Shown here piece after piece: positions 51,625-64,000 of a stretch of DNA of 64,000 bases. The translations under genes were made by a program, and so were the position numbers. How positions within the stretch are numbered: the first letter of the stretch is position 1; every line of letters starts with the position of its first letter. A model generated the notes under the pieces. It was not told the origin of the DNA. It worked only from the letters and a program-made list of their open reading frames with translations, and did no database searches. Source of the DNA: the human T2T-CHM13v2.0 reference genome, Homo sapiens; the NCBI RefSeq assembly GCF_009914755.1, contig NC_060927.1, one strand, 5' to 3'.

Positions 51625-51904
51625 TCTGTTTCTAATGATAGAAATATCCAGGTAAACTTTATAGAGGGAATGAATTTCCACCGGGAAATAATCCTAGTGA
51701 GGAGCTGGTGATAAATGAATATTTCTGAATGAAGTCATGAGGGAGAAACATCTACTTTATTTAGATGTGAAACACCTCATTAAATGTTGAAGAATACTTT
51801 ATTTGCATACTTACTATGTTTGTCATTTACTCTTTTGACCCTCAAAGAGGAAGAGCTGCTTATAATTTCCACATTTATCCAACATGGATTATAAATGTTA
51901 ATTG

Positions 51905-53735
51905 CTTTTTTTGGAAAAAAAATTGAGGTAAAAATTCACGTAATTAACCATTTTAAAGCAATAGTTCAGTGGCATTTAGTACCTTTGCAGTGTTGTGCAA
52001 CCATCACTTCTGTCTAGTTTCAAAACATTTTTATCACTTTGAAGTAAAATCTCATACCTATTAAGCAGTCATTCCCTGATGCCCCTAGCTCATGGCAACC
52101 ACATCTGTTTTCTGTTTTTATGGATTTACTTATTCTGGATATTTTATATAAATTGAATTTTCAATATTTGAGTTTTTATCCCTGGCTTCTTTCACTTAGC
52201 AAAATGTTTTCAAGGTTTACCCACATGTAGCATATATCAGTACTTCTTTCCTTTTCATAGCAGAAGAATATTCCTTTCCATGTCAGAAGAATATTCCTTT
52301 CCATGTCTATATATCAGTTTGTTTATCCATTTATCCATCGATGGATATTTGGGTTGTTTCCACCTTTTAGTTATTATGAATATGTTGCTGTGAATATTTG
52401 TGTCCAAGGATTTATTTGAGAACCTGTTTTCACTTTTTCGGGTATATACCAAGAATGGAATGCTGGGTCTTATGGTAATTTTGTTTAGCTTTTTGAGGAC
52501 CTGCCAAACTGCTTTCCACAGTAGCTAAACCATTTTACATTCCCACTGGCAATGTGTGAGGGTTCCAATTTCCCTACATCCTTGCCTACACTTATTTTCT
52601 GTTTTTAAGAAATTATAATTGCCATCCTTATGGGTATGAAGTGGTATCTCACTGTGGTTTTGATTTGCGTTTCCCAGATTACTAATGATTTTAAGCATCT
52701 TTTCATGTGCTTGTTGGCCATGTGTGTATCTGCTTTAGAGAAATGTCTATTCAAGTTCTTTGCCCTTTTAAAAAACTACATTGTTGGTGTTTTTGTATTG
52801 AGTTGTGTTTTTATATACTCCAGATACTAGACTGTTCATTATCAAATATATAATGTGCAAATGTTTTCTTCCATTATGTGGATTTTTTTTTCAATTTTTT
52901 GATAATGTCCTTTGATAGATAAATGTTTTGAATTTTGATGAAGTCCATTTTATTTATTTGACCCATGCTTTTGGTGTCATATCAAGAATCCATTTCCAAA
53001 TCCCAGGCCATGAAGATTAACCCTATGTTTTCTTCCAAGAGTTTTATAATTTTACTCCTTATATTTAGGTCACTGATTCATTTTGTGTTAATTGTTGTAT
53101 ATGGTATAAATTCCAACTTCATTGTCTTGCATGTGAATAGTTGTCCCGGCACCACTTGTTGAAGACACTGTTCTTTTGCCATTGAATGGTCTTTGGCATC
53201 TTTAAAATCAATTGGCTATAGATGTATCAGTTTATTTTTGGATGCTCAATTCTACTCCTTTGGTCTATATATCTATCACTATGCCAGTGCCATGTTGTTT
53301 TGATTACTGTAGCTTTGTGGTAAGGTTTTGAAATTGGGAAATGTGAGTTCTCCAGCTTTGTTCTTCTTTTTAAAAATTGTTTGGCCTGTTTAGGGCCCCT
53401 TGCAATTCCATATGAATTTGAGAATCAGCTTTTCCGTTTCTGCATAAAAGGCCATAGAAATTTTGATAGGTAATATATTGAATCTGTAGATTGCTTTGGG
53501 TAGTATTGCCATCTTAATAATGTTAAGTCTTTGAGTACCTGGATGTGTGTTTGATATCCTTCAGCATTGTTTTTGTGTTTTATAGTTTTCGGTGTACAAG
53601 TCTCTCACCTCCTTTGTTATATTTATTCCTGGGTATTGTATTCATTTGGATACTATTATACATGGAAGTTTTTCTTAATTTAATTTTTGGATAGTTCATT
53701 GCTGGTATGTAGAAACACAATGGATTTTGTGTGTA
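51905..53735 (-). mobile_element. L1MB-type 3' portion
   Basis: Antisense L1M 3'UTR (aattgaggta..cagtggcatttagtac) followed by degenerate ORF2. Confidence 0.8.
52261..52306. repeat. perfect 23-bp tandem duplication inside L1M
   Basis: (cagaagaatattcctttccatgt)x2. Confidence 0.95.
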
Positions 53736-55500
53736 ACATTTATTGCCTTTAACAGTCATTTACTTTCTTTTTTCCATGTGCAAGCTGAATCACGTGGGTA
53801 AATAAGAAAGTGGAAAGTGGAACACTAAAGAACTTGATCTGTAAGATGTCTGATTTCCCTGAATGTGAAAACTATGAAATATGTTTTTAGCATAGTGTTG
53901 AACTATTATCTTACTATACTTGGGCTATTCCATTTCTGGTATCACGTTACATATATTTGGTCATTATTAAAGAAGGTAGATCATTTCATTTTCTTTAGGT
54001 TTGGAGAGAAGTGTCAATACGTAATTCATTTTCAAAGTTACAATTATTTTGCAACTTAATTTTGATGTTACACAGAAAGCCTCAGGGATAAACCATATTT
54101 ATCGCAGAGTCTGGTACAGAGATCCATGAATAATAAAGATAAAATTAGAACAGAAGCTAATTTGAATATGTAAATTACCATTAATATACATTAGTTTTTC
54201 TGTTTTTTCTTGAAGTTTCCAAATAGCCTTAAAATTTCATTATGAATAGAAATGTGAACAATTTCAACCTCATAAGTAATTAAAGAAATGCAAATTTATG
54301 CAATACTTGGATGATTTGGGAAGGGCAGTATTTCATGACACAGACTTTTAATTGAATCCTAGCTTCACTATTTAAGAGGTAAGTATTACTGGGCAAGTAA
54401 CTGAACACTTAAAACACTTAAAAATAAGAGGAAATATTTATAAAGTGCTTGCTGTGTGTTAGGCACTGTTTTAAGCACTTTATGCTGTTGATCTAAGTTT
54501 TTATTCCTATATTTATGGAAAGACAGTGGAACCTACTATAGAGTTGTGAGGATTAAAATAAATAATGTATATTAAGGACTTAGCCAGATATGTAGTAAGC
54601 ATTTGATAAATATTAGCTATTTTTGTCATTTATAATTTCACCTAACACCAACAAAAGACCAAAAAAGGAGAATCGATACAATGAAATGCACATTTATTTG
54701 GAAATATAAATAGGAATGTTCTTTTCTGGAAAGCAATTGGGCAATATGTATGAAGTCTTAAAATGTTTCTTTGGTGTAGTGATTCCATGTCAAGGAATCT
54801 ATCCCAAGAAGATAATCAGAAGTATGGAAAGATTTATATTCATTGGAAAATTATTTGTAATAGTAAGAGTTCAATTCAATGTTGTACAGCAAGAAAATAG
54901 ACAAAGTCATGTGTCAGCCATATAAAGCAGTACAAAGTAGCTGTTAACATAGTGGTTATGAAGAGTTTGAACAACAAGGGAAAATCTTTGTTATAATTTC
55001 AAGTAAAAAAGCATACAAATCATAATACAATATGATACAAGTGATTACTTTGAACTTTGGAAGACATTATATTATTAAAATAAAATAACATGTTAAAATT
55101 TTGAAGTAGCTACGGAGTTAAAGTTGTAAAAACAATACAAAGACCTTTATGTTTTTTGTTATTTGAGAGAAAGTTGTTTCTCTGATGCTGTATATTCCTA
55201 TAAACAACAATATTCTCTTTAAAGAAATGGCTGATTTCAGGGCTGGGGCAGGAAAAGTACAAGGCAGGACTGGAAAATCTTGTGCCAGAAAACAAGGAGG
55301 TGCTCAAGAATGTTGGGAACATATCAAAAAGACACAAAAGCTAGCTTGAATAAGCCTCCATTGGCCAAACAATTGGACATCAAAATGATAATACAATAGC
55401 AGATTATAACCCATTGAATAAAACAGTAATCTGTGATTCCACACTGATATAAATAAGTAAATGAATAAATTAGAATGTTGCCAAGAAATGTGATAATTAC

Positions 55501-55795
55501 CGTGGTAGGCAGAATAATGACTGCCCAAAGATGTCCATATCATAATACTTGGAATCTGTGAATATGTTACCTTGTATGAGAAAAGGAACTTTGCAGATGT
55601 GATTAAGGACCTCGGGTTGGGAAGATTATCTGTGTGGGCCCAGTGTAATCACAAGTGTCCTTAAAAATGGAAGAGGGAGGCAGAAGAGGAGTTTGGAATA
55701 ATGTGCTATAAGAAGGAATTAATCTGCCATTGCTGGCTTTGAAGATGGAAGAAGAGGCTACAAGCCAAGGATGTTGGCAGCCTCTAGAAGCTGAT
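55501..55795 (+). mobile_element. MLT1D-like MaLR LTR, partial
   Basis: gtggtaggcagaataatg...aaagatgtcc...ctttgcagatgtgattaagg. Confidence 0.75.
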
Positions 55796-56079
55796 AAGTA
55801 TAACAATCAAATTGTTGTATAATGTAAAACATTTTCATTTAAAAACATACATGAATAATATCCTAGACTAGAAAAAATATATGGTTTTTTTTTGTGAAAG
55901 GAAATGACCTCTGTCCTAGTTTTCCTTTGGGGCTTTTTTTTTTTAAAGATATACACACAAATATAGTTAGGTAGATTGATAAACACATACAGGATTATAT
56001 GATTATGTCTAGTTAATGTCCATTTGTAAGTATGTCTGTATCAAAAAGCTCCAAAAGAACTAGGTCAGAGGTCATCCTC

Positions 56080-56228
56080 TTTTTTTTTTTTTTAATTTAA
56101 CTTATTTTAAGTTCAGGAGTACATGTGCAGGTTTGTTATATAGGTAAACTTGTGTCATGGGAGTTTGCTGACTAGATTATTTCATCACCCACGTATTAAG
56201 CCTAGTACCTGTTAGTTATTTTTCCTGA
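56080..56228 (-). mobile_element. short L1PA/PB 3' end
   Basis: poly-T, then tacatgtgcaggtttgtta...ttatttcatcaccc. Confidence 0.75.
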
Positions 56229-56791
<563 letters not shown>

Positions 56792-58029
56792 TGACTGCCT
56801 CTGCACACCTACCCATCAGCACCCCAGTGGGCTGTTTATTGTTTGCCGGGCAACCTTGGACCAGCTCTGGTCTGGTCAACCCAGTGAGATTCTCTGTTAC
56901 CTGGTGTGCTGCAACCACACCTGCTCCAGTGAAAACTGAATTTCAGCCTCAGGCTCTCTTCCAAGTTTGTCCCTTTGTAATGTCTCCCTCAGTGTTACTC
57001 TCTTATAGTTTAATAATTCCTTTTCTCTAAAAAATTGAAAACAGCTTTACTGACTTATAATTCACATACAATAAACTACATAAAAGTGTATACTTTGATA
57101 AGTTCTGATATATTTATATAATCATGAAACCACCTATATAATGAAGTTAATGAACATATTCATCACTCTTAGAAGTTTCCTGATGCCCTTTTGGAATCCC
57201 TCTCTCCTGCCCCTCCCTACCCCTCTTTGTATCTTTATATTTACTGTCCTATCATAGCTTAATAATCATTTATATTGAATACCTTTTGTTTAACTTACTG
57301 AATAGTTTCTCCTGTTTGAATCTCTACTGGTACACAATTGGTGTCTGGAGTGGCTCCAGCAGATAGATCTGAAATTCTGAGATTTTGGCATTTGGGTGGT
57401 TATGCCTTTGGGCCTGAGCACAGTGCTGAGCTCCTTGTCAGAGGGAAATGGAATGCTGGTAATCCATGGCATCACAATTAATTAAGCTATCACCTGTGGT
57501 TGATTATAATGTGTTGCTAATGAATGCAGATGCCTCAGAGCCCAAGTGGCTGCTACATTTGACCTTTATGGCAATAATAACTGTAAGGACTATAGTGTAG
57601 GATAGAGTCTTTTGAGTATAATTAAAGGCTTACAGACAGAAAATGACTGCTCAGATTTGTTAACTCTGCTCAAGATCTGCCCTTTCTCTTTTTTGATCAT
57701 ATATTTTACTTCAAATCATTTCATCTCCTCCAAATTATGAATAAACTTGTGAATTAAAAGACTTGTTGCTTGCTCATTTAAGAAATATTTTGCTGTGTAA
57801 AAGTAATGCACACTTAGAAAACTTGAGCAAGTAGAACAGATTTCTCTTAATATTTTCGTGTATTTTCTTCTAGTCTCCTGTATATATTATGCAAAATGAA
57901 ATAGTCTAGGGAGTTTTAGTTTTTTATTATGAAACATGCAGATAAATATAAAGAAGAATAAAAACCGCAGAGTCCCACCATCCAGAGCTTACATGATTCA
58001 GCAAATTAATTTATTATTTCATAGTATTT

Positions 58030-58324
<295 letters not shown>

Positions 58325-58353
58325 ATATTTATATATTTTTAAATATTAACGTA

Positions 58354-58663
58354 CAGTTGGCCCTCTGTATCCATGGCTCTGTATCTGTGGATTCAACCAG
58401 TATTCAAAATATTCAGGAAAAAAAATGGATGGTTGCATCTGTACTAAACATGTTAAACAATATGGTATAACAACTATTTACATAGCATTTACACTGTATT
58501 CAGTATTATAACTAATCTAGAGATGATTTAAAGTATATAGAAGGAGGTGCGTAGGTTATATGCAAATAGTATACCATCTGTGGTAAGGAACTTGACCATC
58601 CATAGATTTTAGTATGAGCGGGCAGTCCTGGCACCAGTCTCTCACAGACACCGAGGATGACTG
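58354..58663. mobile_element. MER2 (Tigger) DNA transposon
   Basis: TA-CAGTTGGCCCTCTGTATC ... GAGGATGACTG-TA termini. Confidence 0.82.
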
Positions 58664-58901
58664 TATATATAAACTATATATAAACTTTTAACATTTTTAA
58701 TGTTACGGTCTTAAATTTTTTTTTTGAGCATAGAGGCTCTGCAGAAGATATCAAGAGAGGCTATGTAGGCATTCAGTCTATAAATATTAATATTAAACAC
58801 CTAATACATTATAGGCACTCTTTAGGTACTTGTGATACATCCATAAAATAAAGATTCCTGTCTTTGAGGAGCATATGTTTTTGTGGCAAAGCTGAACACT
58901 A

Positions 58902-59228
<327 letters not shown>

Positions 59229-60377
59229 TTAAAGAAACAGTTGTTATAATCAATGGGAATGCTGTAACTTGATCTGGTGCTCCACCATTAACATGGTAAG
59301 CCATGTTAAGTTTCATGTTTAACACCTGAACTAAGTGCGAGTCATTGGACTTCTCAGCTTTTTGTTCAGAAATTGCAAAAATTAAAGGAGTAATTAGGAT
59401 GAGGGAACTGGTTCATTTAGTCAGTCAGTTAGACTCTAGCACTTAAACATAGAAATTGAATCCCCTAAAATAGGGAAAATGGAATGACAGTGCAAGTTAC
59501 TATTTTCCTGTGTTGTTTTTGTTTTATTTTACAATGTTGTTTTGATGATTAGAAGGAAAAACATTCATGTCAGATGCTTAACACAGTGCCTAGCACAAAA
59601 TTAAGTTTTCTATCAATGTTGGCTACAGTGATGGTGACATTTATGTGAGGAATCATGAAAATAAAACATTCTGGTTTGGGAGATAGATGACATTAATACC
59701 TTCAAGTACACTGTGCATGATATTTGATATTTTGATAATCAAGAAAACCAGAATTTTCTACCATCTTTCCCTAGTGTTTAATATTCTGCTATTCATGAAA
59801 GCAATTTCATTGTCAATTGTCTTTTTCTTGTTTGCTGTGTGGCTTATTGCTAGGGTTGGCAGCCTATGGTACTGGTGACAACAGTGGTATTTGAAAGAAT
59901 TATGAAGTCTGTTTTTCTTAGCACTCCTATCACTCTCTCTCTCTCTTTTTTTTTCTTCTCTAGTTTGACCCTCTACCCACTGCCTATTGACTTGCAAGAA
60001 GTTTATGAATAATGACTTGGTACGCCACTTACCAATCTTTGGTTCAAAACAGTGCTTTCCAAATTTGACTTAATTATATGGATTCAATAGGGAACTTTTT
60101 TAAAAGTCAAATTATAGGTTTTCTGTCTGCATCTCAAGGGGAGGGGCCTGGGAACATTTATTTTTGTCACAGGCGCTGAGAGATTTGTGATATACTGAAC
60201 TAAAAATGTATTTTCCATTTATAAGAATCACCTGGAGTACATGTTAATACTGTGAATAGTATAGATGACCGGATCACATCTCATATATACTGAGTGAGAA
60301 ACTATAACTTTGGGATTGAGAACAATTGGTATGAAGGCCCTGAGATTGGAAAGAATTTGATATTTTGGAAAAACCTA

Positions 60378-60685
<308 letters not shown>

Positions 60686-61037
60686 TAATCTATTAAAAGT
60701 AAAAAATTGATCATTTTGTTTCATTTGTTGAAAAATAAAATTGTAAAACATTTATTGCATAGGTGAAAAAATTTTGCTTTGGTTGATTGTGGTAGTTAAA
60801 AATCTTAGATTATGCTTGCTTTTACTTTGGAAGGCTTTATGTTAGAGGAATTTGCTGGGCAAACTTCTGCTTTCTTGCAAAAAATATTGGACATCTTATT
60901 TTTGCTTAAAAAGAGAAGCCCTATTATTGTTGTTTTTGTTTTGTTTTGGTTTCTGATGTAACACTTTTGCTTATGACAACTTCTGATCCAGTGTTTTTAA
61001 AAGCGTTAAAAAACTATGGAGATTTAAATATAGTATG

Positions 61038-63055
61038 TGATATGGTTTGGCTGTGTTCCCACCCAAATCACATTTCGAATTATAGCTCCTATAAACCCCA
61101 TGTGTTGTGGGAGGGACGTGGTGGGAGGTAATTGAATCATGGGGGTGGTTTTTTCTGTGCTGTTCTCGTGATAGTGAGTAAGTCTCATGTGAACTGATGG
61201 TTTTATAAAAGGGAAGTTCTCCTGCACATGCTCTCTTGCTTGCTGCCATGTAAGACATGCCTTTGCTTCTCCTTTGCCTTCTGCCATGATTCTGAGGCCT
61301 CTCCAGCCATGTAGAGCTGTCAGTCCATTAAACCTCTTTTTCTTTATAAATTACCCAGTCTTGAGTATTTCATCATAGCAGTATGAAAATGGACTAACAT
61401 AGTAAATTGGTACCAGTGGAGTGGGTACTGCTATTAAGATACCAGAAAACTTAGTTTAAAAGGGAAGTGACTTTGGAACTGGATAACAGGCAGAGGTTGG
61501 AACAGTTTGGAGGGCTCAGAAGAAGACAGGAAAATGTGGGAAAATGTGGAGCTTCCTAAAGACTTGTTGAATGGTTTTGACCAAAATGCTGATAGTCATA
61601 TGGACAATGAAGTTCAGGCTGAAGTGGTCTCAGAAGGAGATGAGGAACTTATTGGGAACTGGTGAAAAGGTGATTCTTGATATGCTTTAGCAAACAGACT
61701 GGTGGCATTTTGTCCCTGCCCTAGAGATTTGTGGAACTTTTAACTTGAGAGAGATGATTTAGGGTATCTGGCGGAAGAAATTTCTAAGCAGTAAACTGTT
61801 CAAGAGGTGATTTGAGTACTCTTAAAAGCATTCAGTTTTATTCATTCACAAAAATACGGTTTGGAATTGGAACTTATGTTTAAGGGAAGCAGAGCATAAA
61901 AGTTCAGAAAACTTGCAGCCTGATGATGCAATAGAAAAGAAAAACCCATTTTCTGAGGAGACATTCAAGCCAGCTGTAGAAATTTGCTTAAGTAACGAGG
62001 AGCCAAATGTTAATTGCCAAGAAAATAGGGAAAATGTCTCCAGGGCATGTCAGAGGTCTTCATGGCAGCCCCTCCTATCACACGCCCAGAGGCCTAGGAG
62101 GAAAAAATGGCTTGCTGGGCTGGGCCCAGGGCCTTGCTGCTTTGTGAAGTCTTGGGACTTGGTGTCCTGGGTCCTAGCTGTGGCTAAAAGGGACCAAGGT
62201 ACAGTTTGGGTCCTGGCTTCAGAGGGTGCAAACCCCAAGCATTGACAGCTTCCACGTGGTGTTGAGCTGCAAGGTGCACAGAAGTCCAGAACTGAGGTTT
62301 GGGAATCTTCATTTAGAATTCAGAGAATGTATGGAAATGCCTGGATGTCCAGACAGAAGTTTGCTGCGGGGGTGAAGCCCTCAGGGAGAACCTTTGCTAG
62401 GGCAGTGTGGAAGGGAAATACAGTGTTGGAGCCCCCACACAGAGTCCCTACTGGGGACTGCCTAGTGGAGCTGTGAGAAGCAGGCCACTGTTCTCCAGAC
62501 TCCAGAATGGTAGATCCACCAATGGCTTGCACCACATGCCTGGAAAAGCTTTACACTCTCAATGCCAGCCCATGAAAGCAACCAGGAAGGGAGCTGTACC
62601 CTGCAAAGCTACAGGAGCAGAACTGCCCAAGTCTGCGGGAGCCCACCTCTTCCTCAGCATGAGCTGGATATGAGACATGGAGTCAAAGGAGATCATTTTG
62701 GAGCATTAAGATTTGATTGCTCTGCTGTAAAATTTCAGTCTGCATGGACTCTGTACCCCCCTTGTTTCTGCCAGTTTCTCCCGTTTGGAATGGGTGTATT
62801 TGACCAATGCCTGTCCCCTCATTGTATCTAGGAAATAATTAACTTGCTTTTGATTTTACAGGCTCATAGGCGGAACGGACTTACCTTGTTTCAGATGAGA
62901 CTTTGGATGTGGACTTTTGAGTTAATGCTGAAATGAATTAAGACTTTGGGGGACTGTTGGGAAGGCATGATTGGTTTTGAAATATGAGGACATGAGATTT
63001 GGGAGGGTCCAGGGGCAGGTATTTCTTCATAGCAGTATGAAAATGGACTAATACA
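61038..63055 (+). mobile_element. THE1D-like MaLR provirus: 5' LTR 61038-61401, internal region to ~63018, 3' LTR reduced to ~37 bp
   Basis: tgatatggtttggc start, ggactaataca end; 5-bp TSD gtatg at 61033-61037 and 63056-63060. Confidence 0.92.
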
Positions 63056-63864
63056 GTATGTGTTAGAAATTCTAGTTGCCAGAATTCCTGGAAATCTTGA
63101 TGCTTTTTAAGGAACACTAGGAAGTTATTGATATATTTAGGTGGTGTGTGAGCTGAGAACACTATTTTGGAGGAAATTTTATAGTGCCATATATATGTTA
63201 TAAACATATGTGACCATAATCACATTTGTAGGAAAAATAACCTATTAAATGATGTGTGACTGGCTATTATAAATTTTCCACTAAAATAGTTAATTAATTG
63301 TTCGCTGATTTTTTTCTGTTAGTGCTTGGTACAGTATATATTCTTCTGATGCTTATTGTAGTATAAGGTACATTTCTTGAAAAAAACAAATTGAAATTAC
63401 TCTGCCTATTCTGTTCGCAAATTAGGAAAAGATAACAATTCTTTTAGTAGTGGAATATTTTGGTCCAGTTCTTGAGATGCCAGTGAAGGTCAAGAATGTA
63501 GCTTCAGAACCAGTGGAATCTGAGCTTACTTGGTGGATTTCTTATGGAGATGGCTGGCTGTTTCATGAGTGTTATTTGGCAGTGAAGCAGTTGGTATCAC
63601 ACTGTTGACTCATCTTCAGAATTAAAATTTATTTGGAAGTGAATTTCCTGAAAGTAATACTGGTCTTAAAAATTCATTGTCACAGATTTAAATGTGAAGT
63701 TAGGATTTACTGTGATGCTTGGGAAATTTTCAAATTTTTCAGTGACCAGCATTAGACAAGTAACTGTCATTTATCCTCCAAAACCATACAGATAATCATG
63801 TGTACCAGCCAGTTTGCTCATTTTCTCAAAAATGAGGCCAAGAGAAAACTCAGCCAAACCAACA

Positions 63865-64000
63865 ATTGGTTTTTAAAAAAAATCTATGAAATTAACAAAT
63901 CTTTCATTATAGTGATTAAAGAAAACAAGAGAGGAGACTCAACTAAAATCAGAAATGAAAGAGGGGACACAACTACCAATTTTATAGAAATAAAAAGGAT
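63865..64000 (+). mobile_element. L1M ORF2 fragment continuing past the window edge
   Basis: ctaaaatcagaaatgaaagaggggac...aaataaaaaggat. Confidence 0.7.

Noticed and set aside
61913-62831. ORFs of 62-110 aa
   Set aside because: Broken THE1 internal ORF remnants

Overview
Repeat-rich primate genomic DNA, almost certainly human 3q25.1. The minus strand carries the first four coding exons of ANKUB1 (23608-23519, 22166-22023, 11697-11481, 1913-1799). They splice in frame with GT-AG sites into about 189 aa: two tandem ubiquitin-like domains lacking a C-terminal GG, leading toward the ankyrin region, which lies beyond the left edge. About 20 kb from the ANKUB1 start, a CpG-island promoter (~43770-44990) with CCAAT, GC and ETS boxes drives a plus-strand gene. 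From synteny and recalled 5'UTR sequence this is RNF13; only non-coding exons and intron 1 are in the window. The rest is mostly Alus, nested L1s (one twin-primed), a THE1 provirus and solo LTR, an ERV1 solo LTR, Tigger/hAT relics and a decayed U6 retropseudogene. Nearly all long ORFs in the track are L1 ORF2 or Alu artefacts. I see no convincing wholly new biological system. The best leads are RFX X-boxes at ANKUB1, an old ~230-bp duplication bracketing ANKUB1 exon 3, TE-derived CTCF motifs, candidate 5'UTR exons and uORFs of RNF13, and a DUX4-motif THE1 LTR sense to RNF13. Repeat subfamily names were assigned by eye from remembered consensus sequences, and repeat boundaries are approximate unless TSDs are cited.
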